Assembly: GCA_963781705.1 (NCBI GenBank)
Contig: CAWAGP010000010.1
Span: 101,028 to 165,027 of the forward strand
Source: an uncultured Chloroflexia bacterium
GTDB lineage: Bacteria; Chloroflexota; Limnocylindria; Limnocylindrales; CSP1-4
Length of the DNA: 64,000 nucleotides
Direction of reading: 5' to 3'
Shown piece after piece: positions 35,631 to 44,250 of the stretch (its first letter is position 1; each line of letters begins with the position of its first letter). The position numbers and the translations under genes are program-made. The notes below the pieces were generated by a model, which made no database searches, was not told the DNA's origin, and worked only from the letters and a program-made list of their open reading frames with translations.

Positions 35631-36854
35631 TCAGTCGGGGAAGGCTTCCGGGCCGCGCTCGGCGAGCGCCTGCGCCTGCTCGTCGGGATTGTCCGGCGGC
35701 AGCCAGCTGTACGGGTAGGACTCGTCCTCGAGCCGCGCGGCCTCACGCGTGAGGTTGAGCGGATGGAAGGTGTCGACCATCACCGCCAGCTCTTCGGTGC
35801 CCTCCTTGCCGATCGACGCCTCGACCGTGCCCGGATGCGGACCGTGCGGGATGCCGCCCGGGTGGAGGGTGAAGGAGCTGGTCTCGACGCCGCGCCGGCT
35901 CATGAAGTTGCCCGCGACGTAGTAGATGACCTCGTCGCTGTTGATGTTCGAATGGTTGTACGGCGCCGGGATGGCCAGCGGGTGGTAGTCGAATTTGCGC
36001 GGCACGAACGAGCACACCACGTAGTTGCGGCCGGCAAAAGTCTGGTGGACGGGCGGCGGCTGGTGAACCCGTCCGGTGATCGGCTCGAAGTCGCCGATGT
36101 TGAAGATGAACGGGTACAGGTAGCCGTCCCAGCCGACGACGTCGAAGGGGTGGTGCCTGAAGTGGTAGGCGGTGATGCGCCCACGGACGCGCACCCAGAT
36201 GACGAATGCGCCCGTGTCGGTACGCGCCGCGGTCTCATCGGGCACGCGGATGTCGCGCTGCGAGAACGGGGAATGCTCGAGCAGTTGTCCCCACTCGTTG
36301 CGGTAGCGCTGGGGTGGGACTATCTCCGACGGCGACTCGACGTACATGATCCGGTGGGCGCTGCCAGGTTTCTGGGCGAGGCGCCAGGTGGTGCCGATGG
36401 GAATCACGATGTAGTCACCGGGGGCGTAGCTCATCGAGCCGAAGACGCTCTCGAACGTGCCCTCGCCCTCGTGCACGAAGAGCATCTCGTCGGCCTCGCC
36501 GTTGCGATAGAAGGTGTCGTCAGGCAGGCTCTCGGTCGGTCGCGCGACGCCGATCAGCACGTCGCTGTTGAAGAACAGCGGCGTTCGCCCGTCGACGATG
36601 TTGCCACCGGGTGCGATGCCGCCGGTCTTGACCAGCCGGTGCCGATGCAGCCCGTCATCGATCGCCTCATGGTGGATGTCGTGCACGCGCTCGATCTGGT
36701 GTGTCTGCGTCGGCGGCGTCACGTGGTACAGCAGCGACGATCGGCCGGTGAAGCCCTCCATGCCGAACAGCTCCTCGGCATAGAGCTTGCCGTCGGGAGC
36801 CCGATGCTGGGTATGGCGCTTGTGCGGGATGTTGCCCCGGCTCATGTAGAACAC
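35631..36854 (-). CDS. hmgA: Homogentisate 1,2-dioxygenase
   Basis: Highly conserved HmgA blocks (…GFTGRSSLLYH…, …YHPLAIPAPYNHSN…, …FTLHPGGIPHGPHPG…). The start is either GTG 36854 or ATG 36845. Confidence 0.85.
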   Translation of the reverse strand: MFYMSRGNIPHKRHTQHRAPDGKLYAEELFGMEGFTGRSSLLYHVTPPTQTHQIERVHDIHHEAIDDGLHRHRLVKTGGIAPGGNIVDGRTPLFFNSDVLIGVARPTESLPDDTFYRNGEADEMLFVHEGEGTFESVFGSMSYAPGDYIVIPIGTTWRLAQKPGSAHRIMYVESPSEIVPPQRYRNEWGQLLEHSPFSQRDIRVPDETAARTDTGAFVIWVRVRGRITAYHFRHHPFDVVGWDGYLYPFIFNIGDFEPITGRVHQPPPVHQTFAGRNYVVCSFVPRKFDYHPLAIPAPYNHSNINSDEVIYYVAGNFMSRRGVETSSFTLHPGGIPHGPHPGTVEASIGKEGTEELAVMVDTFHPLNLTREAARLEDESYPYSWLPPDNPDEQAQALAERGPEAFPD

Positions 36855-36892
36855 GATCGAAGTCTAGGTCAGTGGCACACAGGCCGAGCCGG

Positions 36893-37909
36893 TCACGAGC
36901 GCGTCGGGTGGTCGACCACGGGAGCGCTCAGCTCGCACAGCCGCTCGACGGCGATGGTCACGGTGTCGCCCGGCTGTAGGTAGCGGCCGAAGCCCGACTC
37001 GTCCTTCATCTCGAGCAGGCAGCCGGTGCCGACCGTGCCCGAGCCGAGCACGTCGCCCGGGACGAGGTGGACGTCGGCCGACGCGCGGGCGACCATCGCG
37101 CCGAAGCTGTGGCCAATGTCGCGCCAGTTGCCGCGCGAGATCTCCATGCCGTTGATCGTCGCCGTTGCCACCAGGTCGTAGCCCTTGGCAGCGCGTTTGT
37201 CGGCCAGCTCGTCGGGCGTGACCAGCCACGGCCCGAGCGTCGTGGCGAAGTCCTTGCCCTTGGCCGGTCCCAGGCGAACCGTCGTCTCGTCGCGCTGCAG
37301 GTCGCGCGCCGACCAATCGTTCATGAGCATGTAGCCGCCGATGGCCTGCTCACCATGGTCCGGCGACAGGTCGTGCGCGGGCGTATCGATCAGCGCCGCG
37401 ATCTCGAGCTCGTAGTCGAGCTCGAGCGAGCCGCGCGGCGCCCAGACCGGCGCGCCCGGGCCGCGGATCTCGGATACGTTGCTGAAGTAGAAGATCGGCA
37501 GCCGGTGCCAGGCCTCGGGGATGGGCATGTCACGCCGCTTCCACATGGTGCCCACGTGGCGCTCGAAGGCATAGAAGTCGCGCAGGCTGGCCGGGCGCAG
37601 GATCGGTGGCCCGAAGTCAAGATCGGCCGCGTCGCTGACGGCGTCGTCTTCTTCGTCGGCGGGCTCGAAGCGATCGAGGATGTCGGCCAGTGCTTCGACG
37701 CGAACGCCGCGCGCCAGGATCTCGTCCAAAGTGCTCAGCGGCTGCCGGAACAGGATGCTGTTGTGAGCCAGCCGCTCGTCGCGCTGCACGGCCCGGCGTC
37801 GGCCCACTTCCAGGTCCAGCCAGCGCCCGCCGGCCGGATCGAGCGCCGCATGGAGCCGGTACGGAGCACCGGCCGGCGCGTGCCGTTCGCGGGCGTGGGC
37901 AATCTTCAT
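36893..37909 (-). CDS. Fumarylacetoacetate hydrolase (FAH) family protein, probable fumarylacetoacetase
   Basis: FAH fold C-terminal domain (…GYMLMNDWSARDLQ…GPAKGKDFATT…GDVLGSGTVG…). It sits in an operon position directly upstream of hmgA. Confidence 0.7.
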   Translation of the reverse strand: MKIAHARERHAPAGAPYRLHAALDPAGGRWLDLEVGRRRAVQRDERLAHNSILFRQPLSTLDEILARGVRVEALADILDRFEPADEEDDAVSDAADLDFGPPILRPASLRDFYAFERHVGTMWKRRDMPIPEAWHRLPIFYFSNVSEIRGPGAPVWAPRGSLELDYELEIAALIDTPAHDLSPDHGEQAIGGYMLMNDWSARDLQRDETTVRLGPAKGKDFATTLGPWLVTPDELADKRAAKGYDLVATATINGMEISRGNWRDIGHSFGAMVARASADVHLVPGDVLGSGTVGTGCLLEMKDESGFGRYLQPGDTVTIAVERLCELSAPVVDHPTRS

Positions 37910-37919
37910 CTACCCGAGT

Positions 37920-38540
37920 CTATTGGCCTTTGCCCTTACGCTGCTGTCCGCCGACCGCCCGCCAGACCAGCGCCGCGGTGCGCGCCGGCCAATCTCGGCT
38001 GGCTGGCGCGCCCGCCAGCTCGCGCGCATACCACGACCCGGTGGGCAGGCTGGTGGCTGCCTCCAGGTCAGCGTCAGCGTCTATCAGACCGCGTTCGAGT
38101 GCCCGTTCCAGGATGGCGAGAATGCGTGCGCGTCGCGGCGCGACGACATGGTCGCGATAGCAGGCGAGTGACGTGTCGTCGGTGGACTGCTGGAGCATCG
38201 TGCCCACCAACGAAACCGCTCCGGGTCGGGTCATGATGCGCTGGAAGTCGGCCAGTTCCAGCTCAAGGTCGTGCAGCGGATCGTCGCTGTCGGTCCTTCG
38301 GTTGTCTTCCGCCCCCAATCGAATGGCGTCCGCGGCCAGGCTCGACTTGCTCGGCCAGCGGCGGTATAGCGCCTGGCGCGTGGTGCCCGCCTCATGCGCC
38401 ACCGCGGTCAGCGACAGCGCCTCGAAGCCGTGTGCCGCAAGGTGACGATTGGCTACCTCGAGCACACGCGTATCGATGGATGGATCGCGCCGCCGGCCTC
38501 GGCAAACGGCTGGCTGGGCGGCAGGGCGGTCAATTGACAT
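37920..38540 (-). CDS. TetR/AcrR family transcriptional regulator
   Basis: N-terminal HTH ...LSLTAVAHEAGTTRQALYRRWPSK is the TetR signature. It ends 10 nt upstream of the FAH start. Confidence 0.75.
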   Translation of the reverse strand: MSIDRPAAQPAVCRGRRRDPSIDTRVLEVANRHLAAHGFEALSLTAVAHEAGTTRQALYRRWPSKSSLAADAIRLGAEDNRRTDSDDPLHDLELELADFQRIMTRPGAVSLVGTMLQQSTDDTSLACYRDHVVAPRRARILAILERALERGLIDADADLEAATSLPTGSWYARELAGAPASRDWPARTAALVWRAVGGQQRKGKGQ

Positions 38541-38545
38541 ACGGT

Positions 38546-38569
38546 GCAGTATTGTATTGCATATAGCAG
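38546..38569. promoter_or_regulatory. AT-rich quasi-palindromic element TGCAGTATTGTATTGCATATAGCA in the tetR / DUF385 divergent promoter (putative TetR operator)
   Basis: An about 25-bp AT-rich island in an otherwise 70% GC genome. It contains the tandem GTATT GTATT and the inverted TGCA...TGCA, and lies 6 nt from the tetR start codon and about 70 nt from the divergent gene. Confidence 0.4.
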
Positions 38570-38638
38570 GGCCCCAGTGGCCCGGAACAACACTTCAGGC
38601 GGGCAGCCGGCCCGCGCACGAGAGGAACACAGCGAACC

Positions 38639-39067
38639 GTGTCTGATTGGAACTCCAAGATCATCGACGAATTTCATGCCAAGGGCGGCCAGGGAGTCGG
38701 TCCGTTCGGTGACCGTCTGCTGCTGCTCACGACCCGCGGCGCCAAGTCGGGGCGGCCGCATACCACGCCGCTGGCGTACACCCGCGACGGCGATCGTTAC
38801 GTGATCATCGCCTCGATGGGCGGCGCACCCAAGCACCCGGCCTGGTACCACAACCTCGTCAAGAACCCCGACGCGGAGGTCGAGATCGGCCGCGAGCGTT
38901 TCGCGGTGCGCGCCACGCCACTACCCAGCGGCCCGGAGCACGATCGGCTGTACGAACAGCAGGCGCAGGTAATGCCCGGCTTCCGGACTTACCAGGAGAA
39001 GACCAGCCGGATCATCCCGGTCGTCCTGCTCGAGCGCGCCGACGAGCCGGGTAGCCTCGCCGCCTGA
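38639..39067 (+). CDS. Deazaflavin (F420)-dependent nitroreductase family protein (DUF385 / PNPOx-like)
   Basis: MSDWNSKIIDEFHAKGG...LLLLTTRGAKSGRPHTTPLAY...PAWYHNL is the DUF385 signature. GTG start. Confidence 0.7.
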   Translation: MSDWNSKIIDEFHAKGGQGVGPFGDRLLLLTTRGAKSGRPHTTPLAYTRDGDRYVIIASMGGAPKHPAWYHNLVKNPDAEVEIGRERFAVRATPLPSGPEHDRLYEQQAQVMPGFRTYQEKTSRIIPVVLLERADEPGSLAA

Positions 39068-39336
39068 TCGTGGCCCGATGTCGTGTCCCCACGCTGCTCG
39101 TGACGAACGCGATGCCCTGCTGCCGATACCGACCCCCAGTCGGAAGTGAGCCGGATTTGCTATCGCGGTAGGCCCCGCGGGAGCCGAAACAGCCGGTCTG
39201 GGGCCGAAGTAGGCGCCAGCGTCGGCGAATTGACGAGATCCGCGTCCGCGAAGACCGAAACCGTTTCTAGCTTTCGGCGCACGCGCGGATTCGGCGGCGA
39301 TGAGCGCGGCGCCTCGTCGTGCGTCGGCCGCGCCGG

Positions 39337-40506
39337 CTAGAGGTTGCCGCGCTTGGCCTGCTCGCGCTCGATCGCCTCGAAAAGCGCCTTGAAGTTGCCC
39401 ACGCCAAAGCCGCGTGAGCCGTGGCGCTCGATGATCTCGAAGAAGAAGGTCGGCCGGTCCTGGATGGGCCGCGTGAAGATCTGCAGCAGGTAGCCCTCCT
39501 CGTCGCGGTCGGCCTCGATGCCCAGCTCCTCGAGCGTGTCCATGGGCACGCCCACGTCGCCCACGCGATCGGGCAGCGCGGCGTAGTACTCGTGCGGCAT
39601 GCCCAGGAACTCCACCCCGTTGTCGCGCAGCTGGCGGACCGTGGCCACGATGTCCTCCGTGCGCAACGCGACGTGCTGCGTCCCTGAGTCGAGGTACCAG
39701 TCCAGGAACTCCTGGATCTGGCTCTTCTTCTTGCCCGTCGCCGGCTCGTTGATCGGAAACTTGATGCGGCCGTTGCCGTTGGTCATGACCTTGCTCATCA
39801 ACGCCGAATAGTCGGTGTGGATGACCTTGTCGTCGTAGTGGATGAGCTGCGAGAAGCCGAATACGTCGCGGTAGTAGTCGACGTACTTGTTCATGTCGCC
39901 CAGCTCGACGTTGCCCACGCAGTGGTCGATCTCGAGCAGCGACAGGCCCTTCGCCGCCGCGGCCGGCTTCTTGACCTTGCGATAGCCGGGCGCAAACGCG
40001 CCGTGGTAGTCGTTGCGGTCGATGAATGTGTGAATGACCTCGCCGTAGGTGCGCACGGCCGACTTGCGCAGCACGCCATCGTCGCCGGCATCGATCTCGG
40101 TCGGCTCGAGCACGCTCGCCGCGCCGCGCTTGGTCGTCTCGCGCCAGGCCGATTCGACGTCATCGACGCTGAACGCGATGTCCTTAACGCCGTCACCGTG
40201 GCGATGGACATGCTCGGCGATCTCGCCGTCGGGCGTGAGTGGCGCGGTCAGCACGAAGCGGATGTCGTTCTGGACCATCACGTACGAGGCGCGATCACGC
40301 ACCTTCGTCTCGAGGCCCGAGTACGCGACCGGCGTGAAGCCCCACAGGGCGCGGTAGTAGGCCGATGCCTGGCGGGCATTGCCGACCCAGAACTCGACGT
40401 AGTCGATGCCCTTGAGTGGCAGGAAGTCCTGTGCCTCGGCGTAGGCATCCTTGTTGATGTGCGCGCCGGCCTGGTTGGCGGCGCCGCGCGAGATGGTCTG
40501 CGTCAT
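39337..40506 (-). CDS. hppD: 4-hydroxyphenylpyruvate dioxygenase
   Basis: Two VOC modules, C-terminal ...LLQIFTRPIQDRPTFFFEIIERHGSRGFGVGNFKALFEAIEREQ is the classic HPPD tail. Internal ATG at 40506 with AGGAGT upstream. The track's 199-aa N-terminal extension is antisense junk overlapping cvpA. Confidence 0.85.
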   Translation of the reverse strand: MTQTISRGAANQAGAHINKDAYAEAQDFLPLKGIDYVEFWVGNARQASAYYRALWGFTPVAYSGLETKVRDRASYVMVQNDIRFVLTAPLTPDGEIAEHVHRHGDGVKDIAFSVDDVESAWRETTKRGAASVLEPTEIDAGDDGVLRKSAVRTYGEVIHTFIDRNDYHGAFAPGYRKVKKPAAAAKGLSLLEIDHCVGNVELGDMNKYVDYYRDVFGFSQLIHYDDKVIHTDYSALMSKVMTNGNGRIKFPINEPATGKKKSQIQEFLDWYLDSGTQHVALRTEDIVATVRQLRDNGVEFLGMPHEYYAALPDRVGDVGVPMDTLEELGIEADRDEEGYLLQIFTRPIQDRPTFFFEIIERHGSRGFGVGNFKALFEAIEREQAKRGNL

Positions 40507-40581
40507 CGCGTACTCCTGCCGTGCGTGGGTTCGGCCGTCATGGTAGCCCTCGTTCTGCCATGATCGCGCCTGGAGGGGCCA

Positions 40582-41196
40582 ATGGACATCGTTCTGGTCG
40601 GGTTCATCGCCGGTCTTACTTTCGGCGGCTGGCGGACGGGTTTCCTGCACCGCCTGGCCGGCCTGGCCTTCATGGCCATCGCCTTCGTGCTCGGTGCCTA
40701 TCTGCGCGGGCCGTTCGGCGACCTGATCACGGGCTTCTTCCCCAACATTCCGTCTGACTACGGCAGCCTGCTCGGCTACGTCTTCGTCTTCCCGGTCGTG
40801 CTGGCCGTGCTGCACATCGCCACGTATCCGTTCCTGCACGGACGACGGCTGGGCAGCATGACCAAGACGGTCGATCGCGGCCTGGGCGCGCTGCTCGGCT
40901 TCGCCGAGGCTGTGCTCATCCTGTCCGCCGTGGTGGTCATCCTGGATACTTACTTCACGGGCGGCCAGACCGCCGGCCACACGCCCGGCCTCAACTACAT
41001 CACCTCGCTGACGGGGTCGTTCAACGGCTCGGTCACGGTTGGCCTGCTGCGCGACACGACGGTGCCGCTCGTGCTGGGCCTGCTTGGCCCGTTGCTGCCG
41101 CACGACATCTCATCGCTGGTACCCGGCGGCATGCCCGGCCTGCCCGGCATGCCCGGCGGCCCGGGCGGCCTGCCCGGCGTGCCGCACCTCCCCTGA
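40582..41196 (+). CDS. CvpA family membrane protein
   Basis: MDIVLVGFIAGLTFGGWRTGFLHRLAGLAFMAIAFVLGAYL... has four TM helices (CvpA topology). It has a Pro/Gly-rich C-terminal tail. Confidence 0.6.
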   Translation: MDIVLVGFIAGLTFGGWRTGFLHRLAGLAFMAIAFVLGAYLRGPFGDLITGFFPNIPSDYGSLLGYVFVFPVVLAVLHIATYPFLHGRRLGSMTKTVDRGLGALLGFAEAVLILSAVVVILDTYFTGGQTAGHTPGLNYITSLTGSFNGSVTVGLLRDTTVPLVLGLLGPLLPHDISSLVPGGMPGLPGMPGGPGGLPGVPHLP

Positions 41197-41336
41197 GCCG
41201 CGCGACACTGGCCGATCTTCCGCCTACGACCACCAGGCTGACCCGGCCGCATCCCGACCACCGGCGGCTGGAGGAGCTGGCTTTCCTGGCCGAGGTCGCC
41301 CGGCTGGTCAGTTCGGCGCGGACGTGGGACGAGCTG

Positions 41337-42470
41337 ATGGGCACCATCGTCGATCGCGCCACGGCCGCCGCGCAGGCGGAGGTCTGCTCGCTCTACCTGA
41401 TGGACCGCGACGGCACGGGCGTCACGCTGGCCGCCACCAACGGCCTAGATCCGGAGCAGATCGGCGTCGCCCGGCTGCAGCTCGGTGTCGGCATCACCGG
41501 CCGAGTCGCCCAGACGCGCCGTCCGACCACCAGTGTCAACGTGCTGCACGACCGCCGCTTCCACTGGATTCGCGGCGTGGACGAGCCCAAGTTCACTTCG
41601 ATGTGCTCGGTGCCCTTGATCTGGAACGACCAGGTCGTCGGCGTGCTCAACGTGCAGACGGTGCGGCGCCGCCAGTTCACGCGGCGCGATGTCGGCTTTC
41701 TCGAGACGCTGGCGGCGCTGCTCGCCGGCACGGTCGAGCGCAACCGGCTGCAGGGCGAGGCCGAAGCACAGGTCGAGAGCCTGCGCGCGATCGACGAGGC
41801 GCGCGCCAAGCTGATCGCGATCGTGACGCACGCGCTGCGCACGCCGCTGGCCGTCGTGCGTGCCTATGTCGAGTTGCTCGGTGGCGCCGCGCAGCACTCC
41901 GACCTGGTGGCCGGCGCGGACGCCGCCGACTGGGAGCACAAGGCGCTCGAGCAGGTCGACCGGCTCGACCAGACGATCGACTCGATCCTGGCCAGCCTGC
42001 GCGTGCTGCAGCTTGATCTGGGTCCGGTGTCGGCCATCGATCTGGCGCAGGTCGTCGACGAGACGGCCCGCGAGCTGGCGCCGCTCTTCCGCCGTCAGCG
42101 GCTGGTGGCGAGCTTTCTCGATCGGCCGCTGCGCGCTATCGCCTCAGCCGAGATGGTCAGCCGGCTGCTCGGTTACCTGCTCGAAAACGCGGCGCGCTAC
42201 GCGCCGGCCGAGGGCCGCATCGACATCTACGGCTGGCGCCGCGGCGAGCGGGTCTTCCTGGCCATCACCGACGATGGCCCGGGGATTCCCGCGGGCTGGC
42301 GCGAGCGGATATTCGAACCCTTCGTGCGGCTCGACGACTCACCACGCGGCGCCGGCATCGGGCTGTTCGCCGCACGACACCTGGCGCGCTCGATGGCCGG
42401 TGACCTGCGCGCCGAAGACCGTGCACCAAAGGGCAGTCAGTTTGTACTCGAGTTGCCGGCCGGGCGCTGA
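41337..42470 (+). CDS. GAF-domain sensor histidine kinase
   Basis: GAF (…VCSLYLMDRDG…MCSVPLIWNDQVVGVLNVQ…), HisKA H-box IVTHALRTPL, HATPase (…ITDDGPGIP…GAGIGL…). The reading frame is open upstream of ATG 41337 with no alternative ATG/GTG/TTG, so the N-terminus may be longer (non-canonical start or error). Confidence 0.7.
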   Translation: MGTIVDRATAAAQAEVCSLYLMDRDGTGVTLAATNGLDPEQIGVARLQLGVGITGRVAQTRRPTTSVNVLHDRRFHWIRGVDEPKFTSMCSVPLIWNDQVVGVLNVQTVRRRQFTRRDVGFLETLAALLAGTVERNRLQGEAEAQVESLRAIDEARAKLIAIVTHALRTPLAVVRAYVELLGGAAQHSDLVAGADAADWEHKALEQVDRLDQTIDSILASLRVLQLDLGPVSAIDLAQVVDETARELAPLFRRQRLVASFLDRPLRAIASAEMVSRLLGYLLENAARYAPAEGRIDIYGWRRGERVFLAITDDGPGIPAGWRERIFEPFVRLDDSPRGAGIGLFAARHLARSMAGDLRAEDRAPKGSQFVLELPAGR

Positions 42471-42639
42471 CGGACAACGCGCAGCGACCGGCTACAGCGA
42501 ACGTCAGTGGCGCGGGATGTCGGGTCCGCGCCACCACTCGAAGGCGACGACGACCACGGCGAGGGAGAAGGCAACGGCGACGACGGTAAGCATTCGCGGG
42601 ACCGGCTCAACCGCTCACACGGCTGTTAGGTTCGCGCCG

Positions 42640-42900
42640 TCAGGCGGCGGCGGCGTCCTGTGCGGGGCCGAAATGCGCGCTTGCCGAGATGAGCACGCGG
42701 CCCTCGTGATCGTGCAGGGCGTCGATGCACTGCGGCCGGCAGCCGCGCGCATCCTGACCGCCTGACATCGAGGAAAAGTGGCGGTAGGCGCCATCCTCGG
42801 CGCCGCTCAACGCGAGCAGCCGGCAACCGCATACCGCGCACGTGACCGGTCCGGACGAATCGTGCGTCGGCAGCTGCCTGCTCGTGGCGAAATCACTCAT
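42640..42900 (-). CDS. Hypothetical small Cys-rich protein (possible zinc-binding)
   Basis: 86 aa, CAVCGC...GCRPQC...HDHEG. Third-codon-position GC is high, consistent with coding, but there is no SD and no homolog recognised. Confidence 0.3.
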   Translation of the reverse strand: MSDFATSRQLPTHDSSGPVTCAVCGCRLLALSGAEDGAYRHFSSMSGGQDARGCRPQCIDALHDHEGRVLISASAHFGPAQDAAAA

Positions 42901-42956
42901 GGAATGAGGCTAGTGCCGGCCGAGCAGGGCATCAACGCCGCCGCGGTATCCGTTCG

Positions 42957-44249
42957 GTGGCGGGACGGTTGCAGCCGGCGGCCGTCAGCCGCTGTATCGT
43001 CGGCCGCTTGACCACCCGCCTGCGCGCCACTCTCTCGTTCCACGGCCGTGAACTGCCGCCGGCCTTCTGGTTCCTGTGGCTGGGCACGCTGGTCAATCGT
43101 CTGGGCGGTTTCGCGGTCCCGTTCCTGATGCTCTACCTGACCCAGCGTCTGGCGATCGCGCCGGCTACCGCGGCGCTGATGGTGTCGGTGCTCGGCGCCG
43201 GCTCATTCGTCTCGCAGCTCACCGGCGGTGAACTGGCGGATCGCTTCGGCCGCCGGCCGACCATGCTGCTCAGCTTCTTCGTTTCACCGATCGCGATGAT
43301 CACGCTCGGCCTGGTGCACGAGGCGTGGCTGCTGGTGGCAGCCATGTTCGCGCTGGGGTTCTTCATGGATCTGTACCGGCCGGCGGTCAACGCCGCAGTC
43401 ATCGACATGGTCCCGCCCGGCTTGCGGACGCGCGCCTTCGGCTATATCTACTGGGCCATCAACCTCGGCGCGGCGCTGGCTCCCATCGCCGCCGGCGTCA
43501 TGGCCAACTACGACTACTTCCTGCTTTTCCTGGGGGATGCGCTGACCACTGCCCTGTTCGGCGTCATCGTCGTGCTTCGCCTGCCTGAATCACGGCCGGA
43601 GCACCAGCCTGGCGTGGCGCACGCCGGCCTGAGCCGGCGCTTGGGTCAGGTCGGTCGCGAGCCAGTCCTGCTGGTCTTCAGCCTGCTCGCGCTGCTGTGG
43701 GGGACCGTCTACTCACAGCACCTGGTGACCCTGCCGCTGGCGATGGCCGGCAGTGGCCTGCCGCCCAGCGACTATGGCATTGCGATCGCGGTCAACGGTG
43801 TCCTGATCGTGCTCATCACGCTGCGCGCGACCCGTATCGTCGAGCGCTGGCCGCGATTCGGGGCGATGGCCGTCGCGTCGCTGCTGCTGGGGACCGGTTT
43901 CGGCCTGACCGCGCTGGCCGGTCCGCTCATCGCCTACGCCGCAACGGTCGCCGTCTGGACGATGGGCGAGATCATCAGCGCGGCGGTCGCGCCGGCGATC
44001 ATCGGTGACCTCTCGCCACCCCAACTGCGCGGTCTCTACCAGGGCATCTGGGGCTCCGCGTGGGGGCTGGCGTTCTTCATCGGCCCCGCCGTCGGCGGCT
44101 TCGTCTATGGGGTGTACGGCGGCCCGGTCCTTTGGGCCGGAACGTTCGTCATCGGCCTGGTGCTCGTTGCCGGCTACCTGCTGCTGTCGGTGCCCGCCGC
44201 CCGGCGCATGCATGCGGAGGCCGTCGAAACCACCGGCGAAACCACTTGA
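42957..44249 (+). CDS. MFS transporter
   Basis: 12 predicted TM helices, ...LADRFGRRPTML... (MFS motif A between TM2-3). The start is ambiguous (GTG 42957 or TTG 43008). Confidence 0.7.
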   Translation: MAGRLQPAAVSRCIVGRLTTRLRATLSFHGRELPPAFWFLWLGTLVNRLGGFAVPFLMLYLTQRLAIAPATAALMVSVLGAGSFVSQLTGGELADRFGRRPTMLLSFFVSPIAMITLGLVHEAWLLVAAMFALGFFMDLYRPAVNAAVIDMVPPGLRTRAFGYIYWAINLGAALAPIAAGVMANYDYFLLFLGDALTTALFGVIVVLRLPESRPEHQPGVAHAGLSRRLGQVGREPVLLVFSLLALLWGTVYSQHLVTLPLAMAGSGLPPSDYGIAIAVNGVLIVLITLRATRIVERWPRFGAMAVASLLLGTGFGLTALAGPLIAYAATVAVWTMGEIISAAVAPAIIGDLSPPQLRGLYQGIWGSAWGLAFFIGPAVGGFVYGVYGGPVLWAGTFVIGLVLVAGYLLLSVPAARRMHAEAVETTGETT

Positions 44250-44250
44250 G

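Noticed and set aside
39068-39336. 270-nt convergent intergenic region between the DUF385 gene and hppD, considered as an ncRNA locus
   Set aside because: Only short imperfect inverted repeats (CCGAAA...TTTCGG) were seen. There is no recognisable RNA-family motif or repeat array, so it is just noted as long for this genome.
42504-42593. 29-codon hydrophobic micro-ORF as a gene feature
   Set aside because: There is no SD, no conservation evidence, and it is too short to distinguish from chance. It is reported only as a finding.
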